DNA from: an uncultured Alphaproteobacteria bacterium
GTDB lineage: Bacteria > Pseudomonadota > Alphaproteobacteria > RF32 > CAG-239
Reading direction: 5' to 3'
Length of the DNA: 64,000 nucleotides
NCBI GenBank assembly: GCA_949297145.1
Contig: CASFQO010000013.1
Location: 18,768-82,767 of the forward strand
Shown: piece by piece, positions 54,397-63,315 of the stretch
How positions within the stretch are numbered: position 1 is the stretch's first letter
Layout of the letters: each line of letters opens with the position of its first letter
The notes under the pieces: generated by a model
The model's database searches: none
The model's input: only the letters and a program-made list of their open reading frames with translations
What the model was told of the DNA's origin: nothing
Translations under genes and position numbers: made by a program

Positions 54397-55785
54397 CTAA
54401 AAGTTTAGTGATTTCGGTGTTCTCGGGAACGGGATAACATCACGAATATTGGCAATACCCGTCAATAACATCATCATCCGCTCAAAGCCCAATCCGAAAC
54501 CTGCGTGTGGAACGGAACCGTATTTACGCGAATCGAGGTACCATCCATAATCTTCTTCGTGCATCCCCAATTCTTCAATACGCTTTTTCAACAAATCATA
54601 TCTTTCTTCTCTTTGGGAACCGCCGATTAGCTCACCTATTCTCGGAACAAGAACATCCATGGCGGCGACGGTTTTGTTATCTTCGTTCATGCGCATATAA
54701 AAGGCTTTAATTTCTTTTGGATAATCGCGTACAATCACCGGCCGCTTAAAGTGTTCTTCGGCTAAAAAGCGCTCATGCTCTGTTTGCATGTCTATGCCAT
54801 ATTCCGGTTCATATTCAAATTTTTTACCGGACTTTTTCATTATCTCTATAGCCTCTGTATAGGTAATGCGTGCAAAACTGTTATTTTTAATGGTGTTTAG
54901 GGTATCCATTAACGTCGGATCTACAAATTTTGCAAAAAGCTCTATATCATCATGACAATTTTCCATCACATCCGTTACACAATAACGAACCATATCTTCG
55001 GCTAAATCCATATCATCATAAATATCAGCAAATGCCATTTCCGGCTCTATCATCCAAAACTCTGCCGCGTGACGCGCCGTATTGGAGTTTTCGGCTCTGA
55101 AGGTCGGACCAAAGGTATAAATATCGCCTAATGCACAAGCATACATTTCTCCGTTTAATTGTCCGGAAACCGTCAAATGTGCCGGCTTGCCGAAAAAGTC
55201 TTGGCTATAATCAATATCACCATTTGGCAACCGCGGCGGATTTTTGATATCTAAGGTTGTTACTTGGAACATCTCGCCGGCGCCTTCGCAGTCTGAACCG
55301 GTAATAATCGGCGTATGAACATACTTAAAGCCGCGTTCTTGGAAAAATTTGTGAATAGCATAAGACAGTGCCGAGCGAACTCTGAAGGCCGCACCATATT
55401 TATTGGTTCTTGGACGGAGGTGAGCGATGGTGCGCAAATACTCATCAGAGTGTTTCTTTTTTTGAAGCGGAAAATCTTCCGGAGCTAAGCTATATATCTC
55501 AATCTTTTTGGCAACGACTTCATATTTTTGGTTGCCGCCTTGCGACTCTACTAATGCGCCGGTAACGGCTACTGATGATCCGGTAGAAAGATTTTTTACT
55601 TCATTATAATTGGGGAGATTATTATGAGCGATTATTTGCAAATTCTTTAAACATGAACCGTCGTTTATTTCTATAAATGAAAAATCTTTGGCATCTCTTC
55701 TGGTTCTAACCCAACCTTTTGCCAAAACTTCCGGTTGCGTCGTTTCTGATTTCAATAAATCTACAATTTTTGTTCTTCTTAACAT
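54397..55785 (-). CDS. asnS: Asparagine--tRNA ligase
   Basis: Start moved to [11 protein letters not shown]... OB-fold N-terminus, [21 protein letters not shown], and [15 protein letters not shown]. Confidence 0.95.
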   Translation of the reverse strand: MLRRTKIVDLLKSETTQPEVLAKGWVRTRRDAKDFSFIEINDGSCLKNLQIIAHNNLPNYNEVKNLSTGSSVAVTGALVESQGGNQKYEVVAKKIEIYSLAPEDFPLQKKKHSDEYLRTIAHLRPRTNKYGAAFRVRSALSYAIHKFFQERGFKYVHTPIITGSDCEGAGEMFQVTTLDIKNPPRLPNGDIDYSQDFFGKPAHLTVSGQLNGEMYACALGDIYTFGPTFRAENSNTARHAAEFWMIEPEMAFADIYDDMDLAEDMVRYCVTDVMENCHDDIELFAKFVDPTLMDTLNTIKNNSFARITYTEAIEIMKKSGKKFEYEPEYGIDMQTEHERFLAEEHFKRPVIVRDYPKEIKAFYMRMNEDNKTVAAMDVLVPRIGELIGGSQREERYDLLKKRIEELGMHEEDYGWYLDSRKYGSVPHAGFGLGFERMMMLLTGIANIRDVIPFPRTPKSLNF

Positions 55786-55887
55786 TTTCAATAATTCCCC
55801 ATTTGTTAAATGTTGTTTTTTAAAGCAAACAGGAGCATAGAACATTTTGTTTTAAATGTAAACAGATTTATCTTTTTGTGTTTTATA

Positions 55888-56709
55888 TTATTTTTCTTTT
55901 TTACCTTTCTTTGCGGCAATACGGCTTAACCATTCCGTCACGGTTAATTCTTGACTTTGCGGGGATAGACTTTCGTATGCTTTTTGTGCGTATGTTCTAT
56001 AATAGATTTTGTCTTGTGTTTGTTCTGTTTTTTGTTCAGCTTTGCAGACGGCGATTATGCTTTTATACAGGGCATTTTTGCTCTGAGATTTTATCTCTAA
56101 ATTCTTAAAACAAATTTCCGCTTTTGTTATTTCGGCGATGCGCTTTAATACGAAAGGTTTGGCTATTTCATCTGCCGTATTGAGGCAATAACATTGCTGT
56201 GCGTAGCTTTGACGGCGTACAACCAACTCTGTGCTGCTACCATTGGGTAGACGTGCTTGGTTGATATGGGGGTGTTTATATATATATTCAAACCACTCTG
56301 CCAATCTTTCTGAAGTGTACTTTTTATATTCCTTTCCCCTGTTTCCTACTTTATGAAATATTTTGGCACAATCTCTTGGTGTTAGCTCTCCGAATTGTTT
56401 TTCCGGCAAATTCTCCGGTTCTTCTTTTTCTGGACAATACTTACAATTTGCCCATTTTGCAAAGGCTTGGATAATTTCTTGACGATATTTTGAAGTGTTT
56501 AAGCAGTACATGATCTTGTTATTGACGCCCAATCTTTCTACAATAATCGGAAGCTTAATCCCTGATATCATACATATATTATCTTTCGGGCGTTCATACA
56601 GTTTTCTGAACAATCCATTCAACCGGTCTTGCTTTTTAAAACCTGACAGTTTTTTGCCATCCTCTGATTTGACATCATTCAATAAATGTTTGGTATCGCT
56701 TACAATCAA
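55888..56709 (-). CDS. Repeat-domain protein, downstream fragment (repeats 2 and 3)
   Basis: The 273-aa ORF is called from TTG 56709 and has no RBS. It contains two copies of a roughly 90-aa module that is also present in the upstream ORF. Confidence 0.55.
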   Translation of the reverse strand: MIVSDTKHLLNDVKSEDGKKLSGFKKQDRLNGLFRKLYERPKDNICMISGIKLPIIVERLGVNNKIMYCLNTSKYRQEIIQAFAKWANCKYCPEKEEPENLPEKQFGELTPRDCAKIFHKVGNRGKEYKKYTSERLAEWFEYIYKHPHINQARLPNGSSTELVVRRQSYAQQCYCLNTADEIAKPFVLKRIAEITKAEICFKNLEIKSQSKNALYKSIIAVCKAEQKTEQTQDKIYYRTYAQKAYESLSPQSQELTVTEWLSRIAAKKGKKEK

Positions 56710-57061
56710 CTCTCCTGTTTTTTTTCGCTTCCGGGCGCCCTAAACGGCATGTAATTTTCATTTGTTTGGCAAACGCTTCTAATATTTCTTCTTGAGGGGC
56801 CTCCGATGTATTTAGATAATAGGCGGAGGCTCTGCCTTCTTGTCTATGGTGCACGACAATCGGAACGACTTTTCCATCCGACAAAGTACATTTGTTCTTT
56901 TCTTTATTTTGATATAATTTCGCAAACAAAAAACGCAGATGACCACGTTTTTCGCTCTGCGTTAGTTTTTCTCCGTTTTCATTTCTGATGTTATCAAAAA
57001 ATTTAACGGCTTCGGATGCGTTTAATTCGCCTTCTTGTTTTATCTCAACGTTCTCTGTCAT
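56675..57061 (-). CDS. Repeat-domain protein, upstream fragment (repeat 1)
   Basis: 128-aa ORF with a good promoter and an AAAGG RBS. It ends 35 nt inside the next ORF, in another frame, just after an A8 tract. Confidence 0.55.
   Translation of the reverse strand: MTENVEIKQEGELNASEAVKFFDNIRNENGEKLTQSEKRGHLRFLFAKLYQNKEKNKCTLSDGKVVPIVVHHRQEGRASAYYLNTSEAPQEEILEAFAKQMKITCRLGRPEAKKNRRVDCKRYQTFIE
56718..56725 (-). repeat. A8 homopolymer (coding strand) at the junction of the two repeat-protein ORFs
   Basis: GAAGCGAAAAAAAACAGGAGAGTTGATTGTAAGC. Removing one A joins ...RPEAKK to TGELIVSDTKHLL... in a single frame. Confidence 0.9.
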
Positions 57062-57088
57062 TTTCGGTTACCTTTTGCAATTTATGCC

Positions 57089-57117
57089 AATATAGCATAT
57101 TTTATCTTATTAGGCAA
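57089..57117 (-). promoter_or_regulatory. Sigma-70-like promoter TTGCCT-17-TATATT for the repeat-protein gene
   Basis: The minus strand reads gtgTTGCCTaataagataaaatatgcTATATTggc. Confidence 0.5.
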
Positions 57118-57131
57118 CACGATTTTATGAC

Positions 57132-57467
57132 TTAAAACATAAAGCGCATCAATTGTATCCAGTAGGCATAAACAGCAATGGCTATGATTTTATACAACAC
57201 GGCCAAGCTCATCAATGTGCCGCTTAGCACGACGACCTCTATAATTATGGCTGCAATAACCGCCACACCCAACATTTCCAGCCAATAATACTTTTGCTTT
57301 ATCAATAACAATGAGGCGATGACAGCGGTTAAAGCAATGTACATATTTTGCATTGCAGCAAATGTCCGCGCAACCGGAGCTGTTACCGGGCTGAAATTTA
57401 TAACAAAAGATGCCATCATCACGATGGTTGCAATGATAAAAATAATAAAACTACTTCTTCTTGACAT
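57132..57467 (-). CDS. Small integral membrane protein (3-4 TM)
   Basis: 111-aa hydrophobic ORF overlapping the upstream methyltransferase gene by 17 nt. Confidence 0.6.
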   Translation of the reverse strand: MSRRSSFIIFIIATIVMMASFVINFSPVTAPVARTFAAMQNMYIALTAVIASLLLIKQKYYWLEMLGVAVIAAIIIEVVVLSGTLMSLAVLYKIIAIAVYAYWIQLMRFMF

Positions 57468-58200
57468 TTTTTTCTCCTTTTGGGGTTTTCTTGATACTTT
57501 TTGCCGATGATTTAGCTTTTACTTTCGTTTGATCTGAGGTTTTCGTCTTTTTAACCTCTGCTTTTTTAGATTTTACCGAAGTTTGTTTTGGTGTGGTCTT
57601 TTGCTTTGATACGCGCTTCTCGGCTTTGGGCTTTTTATATACAAAAATCTTTTCTGGAACGCCATATATTGATGACTCTATTTGTTTTGTCTCCTCAAGG
57701 TGGCCAAGCGGAAACATCTCCGAGATCACCACACAGCTCTCTTTGATATTGTCTGCCAAAATTTTGCCTAAAGGGTCTCCTGTTACTTTCAAGACATAGC
57801 ACATGATTAAATCCATATCTTTATAGTCTTGCTTCATGTAATCGCCTTTAACAAAGGTGATGTTCTTTAGGCCGGCAGCTTTTATCTTTCCCATTGTCAG
57901 AGGCACTATATCCCATTCATAACCGATAAATTCGTGTTCCGGAAATTCTTTTGCCAAAGGCAATAAAAGCGCACCGCTGCCGCAACCTAAGTCGGTGACT
58001 TTCATTTTGTGTTTGGCTTTTTTCAAAACACTTCTTGCCTCTTCTATCATATCTTCCTTGATTTTTCCGTATGATGATACAAAAGGTCCATACTTGCCGC
58101 AACCGCATTTGATGTATGAATATGTTTGATACAGCAAATATACGATGGCCGCAAAACCTATTAACAACGCAAATATTACAATTATTCCGTTACAACACAT
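57451..58200 (-). CDS. Membrane-anchored class I SAM-dependent methyltransferase with Lys-rich tail
   Basis: N-terminal TM, motif I VTDLGCGSGALLL, and a roughly 60-aa C-terminal Lys/Thr/Ser-rich tail. Confidence 0.75.
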   Translation of the reverse strand: MCCNGIIVIFALLIGFAAIVYLLYQTYSYIKCGCGKYGPFVSSYGKIKEDMIEEARSVLKKAKHKMKVTDLGCGSGALLLPLAKEFPEHEFIGYEWDIVPLTMGKIKAAGLKNITFVKGDYMKQDYKDMDLIMCYVLKVTGDPLGKILADNIKESCVVISEMFPLGHLEETKQIESSIYGVPEKIFVYKKPKAEKRVSKQKTTPKQTSVKSKKAEVKKTKTSDQTKVKAKSSAKSIKKTPKGEKNVKKK

Positions 58201-58305
58201 TACTTGTTCTCCACGATATAAAAAAGTTGCATCTTTTTGTTGGTGTTATATATAGTAAAAATTGTTTAAGAAAACATTTAAGTTTTATTCTTTATGGAGC
58301 GTTGT

Positions 58306-59025
58306 ATGCGGCAAAAATATAATCGTATTATCTTTCTGACCGGTGCCGGTATCTCGGCAGAATCGGGCTTGGCTACTTTTAGAAGTGAAGATGGTTTGTG
58401 GAACCATCATCGGGTGGAAGATGTTGCAACTATTGAAGCCTATTATCGTAATCCCGATTATGTCCATGATTTTTATAACAATATGAAGCCTGAACTATGG
58501 AATGCCAAACCTAACGCCGGGCATCTGGCCATTACACGTTTGCAACAAGAATATCCGGCGGAAGTGAATATCGTGACACAAAATATTGATACGCTTCATG
58601 AAAAAGCTAAAAGCAAAAATGTTTTTCATATTCATGGGCAGATTAACCAAGCTGTTTGTATGAATTGCGGTCATATTTTAGAAACTTGGGGCGACGTTAC
58701 TTCGGAAACTTGTTGCGATAACTGTCATGTGATGGGGATGATGAAACCTAACATCGTCTTTTTTGGAGAAAATCTCCTTTATATGGACAAGGTTGAGACT
58801 TTGCTTAAAACCTCTGATTTGTTTGTTTCGGTCGGGACGTCCGGTGTGGTTTATCCGGCGGCCGGTTTTGTACAAACGGCTAAGTATTATGGGGCAGATA
58901 CGATTGAATTTAATTTGGAGCCGACTTCAAATAATTTCTTTTTTGATAAACATGTGATGGGAAAAGCCGGCGATACGTTGCCTAAATTTGTTGATGAACT
59001 TTTAGCCGCCCTTAAGGGCAATTAA
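58306..59025 (+). CDS. cobB: NAD-dependent protein deacylase (Sir2/CobB family), copy 1
   Basis: IIFLTGAGISAESGLATFRSEDGLW, VTQNIDTLHEKA, HIHGQ, and Zn ribbon CMNCG...CDNC. Start moved to ATG 58306. Confidence 0.9.
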   Translation: MRQKYNRIIFLTGAGISAESGLATFRSEDGLWNHHRVEDVATIEAYYRNPDYVHDFYNNMKPELWNAKPNAGHLAITRLQQEYPAEVNIVTQNIDTLHEKAKSKNVFHIHGQINQAVCMNCGHILETWGDVTSETCCDNCHVMGMMKPNIVFFGENLLYMDKVETLLKTSDLFVSVGTSGVVYPAAGFVQTAKYYGADTIEFNLEPTSNNFFFDKHVMGKAGDTLPKFVDELLAALKGN

Positions 59026-59869
59026 TCTTTAGCAGATTTTTATAAAACGGAACTGTGAAAACATTTTTATCACCAAGCATTTGCAATTTTTCACAGGCAT
59101 TTGCTTGATAGAATTTTTGTGGATTTTGCGGAGATATTCTTTTTCCCATTTTTTCTCTTATAATAACATTTCCGTCTTCATAGCTTGCTTGATAATATTT
59201 TTTACTGGCGCCGTTTCGCTCCAACACATCATCTTTGAGCGCTGCAAATTTTGCTCCCGAAAACAACATTGCCAACCAAAAATCCCAATCCTCACTGGTT
59301 TTTAATTTTTCATCATAATGTATTTGGTGTTGCTTTGCAAAAGCACTTCTATACATCACGTTAGCATTTCCGAAATTATTATATTGGATTAGGCCCATGG
59401 CTATATTGTCATGATTTTCCGGTATGCGCGGCAGACCTTTAATTTGTCCGGCAACCACTGAAATATCTTTATGTTTCTCCAGAAAATCTACTTGCTTTGC
59501 CATTCTTTCAGGTTCGCTTTTATCATCATCATCCATAATCATAATATACTCACCACGTGCCAAATTTGCCGCTTTGTTACGTGAATAAGCTATGCCGCGA
59601 TTTATGTCATTTTTATAATAGCGAATGCGTCTGTCTTGATAATTTTTAACAACCTGCTCCGTCTTATCTGTTGAGCCGTCATTGATAATTATCAGTTCAA
59701 AATTTTTATACGTTTGCCCCAAAATACTCTCTATTGCTTGCGGCAAAATCGTTTCACGTTGGTACGTTAACATGACAACGGATACCTTTGGCTTTGCTTG
59801 CCAAAGATATCCGCCATATATTCCGATTGCCAGCACAACACCGGCTATGAGAACTCTTTTGATATTCAT
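59012..59869 (-). CDS. Family-2 glycosyltransferase with N-terminal TM anchor
   Basis: KVSVVMLTYQRETILPQAIESILGQTYKNFELIIINDGSTD and IMDDDD motifs. Confidence 0.88.
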   Translation of the reverse strand: MNIKRVLIAGVVLAIGIYGGYLWQAKPKVSVVMLTYQRETILPQAIESILGQTYKNFELIIINDGSTDKTEQVVKNYQDRRIRYYKNDINRGIAYSRNKAANLARGEYIMIMDDDDKSEPERMAKQVDFLEKHKDISVVAGQIKGLPRIPENHDNIAMGLIQYNNFGNANVMYRSAFAKQHQIHYDEKLKTSEDWDFWLAMLFSGAKFAALKDDVLERNGASKKYYQASYEDGNVIIREKMGKRISPQNPQKFYQANACEKLQMLGDKNVFTVPFYKNLLKINCP

Positions 59870-60322
59870 TTATTGTGCGATAACACGATTGGTGCTTCCG
59901 AACAAAACGAGACAACGTTGTCCGACACCTAAGGCTTGTCCTGTACCTTGTGTTATGCTTATTACTTGTCCATTGTCTAATTTAACAATATATTCCAAAC
60001 CGGTTTGTGTTGACAGACCTTTTTCAGCTGCATTACCGACAACGCCGCCCAATAGCGCACCACCAACGGCACCTAATGTATGGGCTGTGCTGCCTCCGCC
60101 GATTGTTGAACCGGCAACACCTCCGGCCAATCCGCCAATCAAAGTACCGGCGCCACTATCGCTATCTACCGTTACATAACGTACGCTTAATACCGTGCAT
60201 TGTGCTACAGTGGATACTCTGCCGGCTTGATTGGTGTAATAGTGATCTGAATTGATATTATCTGCGCAACCTGCCAACAATAAAGCTGTGCATGCTATTC
60301 CTAACATTGTTTTGTACATCAT
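59870..60322 (-). CDS. Glycine-zipper outer-membrane lipoprotein (SlyB/17-kDa-antigen-like)
   Basis: Lipobox LLLAGC, then GTLIGGLAGGVAGSTIGGGSTAHTLGAVGGALLGGVVG. Its stop codon abuts the next gene's start. Confidence 0.8.
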   Translation of the reverse strand: MMYKTMLGIACTALLLAGCADNINSDHYYTNQAGRVSTVAQCTVLSVRYVTVDSDSGAGTLIGGLAGGVAGSTIGGGSTAHTLGAVGGALLGGVVGNAAEKGLSTQTGLEYIVKLDNGQVISITQGTGQALGVGQRCLVLFGSTNRVIAQ

Positions 60323-60410
60323 AAATCTCCTCTAAAACTTTATTTTCTAATAATGTAGTTGATTATTTTCTGTTGTCAATCTTTTTTCAAAGTTACTTTT
60401 TCTCTATCAA

Positions 60411-61343
60411 TTAGGCTTGTTTGCGGTGTAATTCTTCTAAAATACGTTTTTCATGTTCCGGTTGATCTTGTTTGGCCTCGATGACATCTTTTCGTATCTT
60501 TTGGGTACGCTTAAATAACTCAAACATTTTATCCCCCTCATCCCAGCGGATATTTCTTTCTAGAGCCACCAAATCTTCTATAAACCTTTGTATCAACTCT
60601 AAAACCGTTTGTTTGTTGGTCAAAAATATGTCGCGCCACATGGTTGGGTCTGAGCCGGCAATACGCGTGAAATCACGAAAACCTCCGGCGGAATATTTGA
60701 TTATCTCTTTATGCTCATAACCTTCTAAATCCGCCACCGTTACAACGATAGAATATGCAATAAGCTGCGGCAAATGGGATACGGCTGCCATTACTTTATC
60801 GTGGTGTGCAGGCGCCATGGTATCCACTTTCATATCACAGCTTTCCCACATTTTGGTTAATTTTTCTATTGCTTCCGGTGTGGAATTTTCATCTGGGGTT
60901 AAGATGCACCAGCGGCCTTTAAATAATGATGCAAAACCATTCTCGGGGCCTGATTTTTCAGTTCCTGCAACCGGATGGCCACCCACAACTATAGTGCCTG
61001 TCGCTTTATTGAGGTATTTTTCAATTTCTTGCAGACTATATTGTTTCACCGAACCGACATCGCTCACAATCGCGCCTTTTTTGATATATTTGGCAATTTC
61101 TTTTGCCAGTTCGCCAAACGAACATACCGGCGTTGCTAAAATAATCAAATCAGCGTCTTTTGCACCTTCTTCAATGCTTGTTGTATAAACATCCGCTAGG
61201 TTTAAACTTTTTGCTTTTTCTAAATTTTCTTTATTTTTATCATACACAACCAATGTCTTCACCAGTTGTTTTTCTTTTAAATTTCGTGCCAGTGACGAGC
61301 CGATTAACCCAATACCTAAAATGAACGCTTTACTAAATAGCAT
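60411..61343 (-). CDS. tyrA: Prephenate/arogenate dehydrogenase
   Basis: ILGIGLIGSSLA Rossmann motif, then DVGSVK and GGHPVAGTEKSG. Confidence 0.9.
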   Translation of the reverse strand: MLFSKAFILGIGLIGSSLARNLKEKQLVKTLVVYDKNKENLEKAKSLNLADVYTTSIEEGAKDADLIILATPVCSFGELAKEIAKYIKKGAIVSDVGSVKQYSLQEIEKYLNKATGTIVVGGHPVAGTEKSGPENGFASLFKGRWCILTPDENSTPEAIEKLTKMWESCDMKVDTMAPAHHDKVMAAVSHLPQLIAYSIVVTVADLEGYEHKEIIKYSAGGFRDFTRIAGSDPTMWRDIFLTNKQTVLELIQRFIEDLVALERNIRWDEGDKMFELFKRTQKIRKDVIEAKQDQPEHEKRILEELHRKQA

Positions 61344-61538
61344 TATTTTTCCCCTTTGTTTAACTTGCGTGTTAATTTAGCAACACCTCCCTGTTATGTC
61401 AATGTTTTCACTTTCTCTATCCTCTTTTCTTTCTTGACAGTATTTATTTACGACGTATGATATTTTTGTTTTCTTAAATTTATGTTTTATTATTCAGAGG
61501 ATTAGGAAAGGACCGAACCTCTTTTAAAAAATTTTTTT

Positions 61539-62234
61539 ATGCAAAATATTTATCATAAAATTGTTTTTTTAACCGGCGCCGGTATTTCCGAAGAATCCGG
61601 TTTGGCGACTTTTCGTGATGCCGATGGATTATGGAATAAATATGATGCCGAGACGGTGGCTTCTCTCTGTGGTTTTGAAGAGAACCCTCCCTTGGTGCAC
61701 CAATTTTATAATGAACTACGGCAACAAATGTTTGTGGCTCAACCTAATCCCGCGCATTTGGCTATCACTTATTTGCAACAGAAAATTTCTGCAGATGTTC
61801 ATGTTATTACCCAAAATATTGATACTCTGCACGAAAAAGCGTCTACTCAAAATGTTTGGCATATTCATGGTCAGATTAACCAGCTCAAGTGCTTGTCTTG
61901 CGGGAAAATTTCTGAAACTTGGGGATATTCAACGCCCAATTCATCTTGTCCTTATTGCAAAGGGAAGCTCAGACCGAACATTGTCTTTTTTGGAGAAGAG
62001 ATTTTCTTTTCTTCACAAATTGAAAATTTGCTTAAAAATGTAGATTTATTCGTTGCTGTGGGTACGTCCGGCACCATCCCTCCGGCTTCTTCTTTTGTTT
62101 GTGAAGCTAAGCAACATCATGCTTTGACTGTCGCCTTAAATTTGGAACGTCCTGCTAACTTTGATAATTTTGACATTTTTATACAAGGCCGCGTTGCAGA
62201 AACTCTACCTTTGTTTGTTCAAGATTTTTTTTAG
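61539..62234 (+). CDS. cobB: NAD-dependent protein deacylase (Sir2/CobB family), copy 2
   Basis: IVFLTGAGISEESGLATFRDADGLW, ITQNIDTLHEKA, HIHGQ, and Zn ribbon CLSCG...CPYC. By eye it is about half identical to copy 1. Confidence 0.9.
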   Translation: MQNIYHKIVFLTGAGISEESGLATFRDADGLWNKYDAETVASLCGFEENPPLVHQFYNELRQQMFVAQPNPAHLAITYLQQKISADVHVITQNIDTLHEKASTQNVWHIHGQINQLKCLSCGKISETWGYSTPNSSCPYCKGKLRPNIVFFGEEIFFSSQIENLLKNVDLFVAVGTSGTIPPASSFVCEAKQHHALTVALNLERPANFDNFDIFIQGRVAETLPLFVQDFF

Positions 62235-62243
62235 TTATCATAT

Positions 62244-62282
62244 CAAAAAAAACAGGTTCTCTTGTGAGAACCTGTTTTTTAT
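62244..62282. terminator. Bidirectional Rho-independent terminator
   Basis: A8-AACAGGTTCTC-ttgt-GAGAACCTGTT-T6, between convergent cobB copy 2 and tsf. Confidence 0.9.
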
Positions 62283-62299
62283 TTCCTTCAAGGATAAAC

Positions 62300-63232
62300 T
62301 TATGCGGATTTACCTAATTGTGCAGCAACTTCTGCAGCGAAGTCTTCTTCTTTCTTTTGTAAGCCTTCACCAAGTTTGAAGCATACAAAACCGCCAAGTT
62401 TGATATCTGCATTATATCCTTTTGCATATTCTGCAATGACATCTTTAACTTTCTTTTCTGGATCCATGATGTAAGCTTGTTCTTCAAGAACTACTTCTTC
62501 ATAATATTTACGGATACGGCCTTCTACCATCTTTTCTACAATATTTGCCGGTTTGCCAGATGCTAAGGCTTGTTCGCTGAAAATATTCTTTTCATGCTCA
62601 ACGGCTTCTGCCGGTACTTCTGCAATGGTCATTGCTATCGGATTTGTTGCGGCAATGTGCATAGCAATGTGTTTACCCAATTCTTGCATCTTTGCTTTAT
62701 CAGCATTACCTTCTAAGCTAACCAATACACCAATTTTGCCAACATTCGGACGTACGGCATTGTGAATATATGAACATACAACACCATTATTGACACTTAA
62801 ATATGCCGCACGACGCAAATTCATATTTTCACCAATCTTTGCAATCATATCTGTTAAAATGCAGCCCATTTCTTTGCCGCATACCGGACATGTGTATGAT
62901 TTTAATGCTTCAATGTCACCTTTTACAGCTAATGCAGCTTTGGCTGAATTTTCTACATAATCTTGGAAAATATCATTCTTTGCAACGAAGTCTGTTTCTG
63001 AATTTACTTCAACAACTGCTCCGGCATTTCCTTCTACATATACTGCAACTAAGCCTTCTGCTGCGATACGACTTGCTTTTTTGGCTGCAGATGCTAAACC
63101 TTTTTTACGAAGCCAGTCTATTGCTTCTTCCATATTACCTTCTGTTGCTACCAGCGCCTTTTTGCAATCCAACATGCCGGCACCAGAGGTCTCTCTTAAA
63201 CTTTTTACCATAGCTGCGGTAATTTCTGCCAT
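62300..63232 (-). CDS. tsf: Elongation factor Ts
   Basis: MAEITAAMVKSLRETSGAGMLDCKKAL. 310 aa, downstream of rpsB. Confidence 0.97.
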   Translation of the reverse strand: MAEITAAMVKSLRETSGAGMLDCKKALVATEGNMEEAIDWLRKKGLASAAKKASRIAAEGLVAVYVEGNAGAVVEVNSETDFVAKNDIFQDYVENSAKAALAVKGDIEALKSYTCPVCGKEMGCILTDMIAKIGENMNLRRAAYLSVNNGVVCSYIHNAVRPNVGKIGVLVSLEGNADKAKMQELGKHIAMHIAATNPIAMTIAEVPAEAVEHEKNIFSEQALASGKPANIVEKMVEGRIRKYYEEVVLEEQAYIMDPEKKVKDVIAEYAKGYNADIKLGGFVCFKLGEGLQKKEEDFAAEVAAQLGKSA

Positions 63233-63315
63233 TCTTTTTCCCCTTGTCTTGATTGTCTTTAATACATCAACTCGGCGGCAGCTTTACGCCACCGCCGTTT
63301 TTACTTAATCCTAAA

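Noticed and set aside
58306-62234. Sir2 genes as anti-phage defence modules (ThsA/DSR/SIR2-HerA-like)
   Set aside because: Both are short stand-alone CobB-type sirtuins with intact Zn ribbons. They have no fused sensor or effector domains (SLOG, TIR, helicase) and no partner genes. The neighbours are housekeeping or envelope genes.
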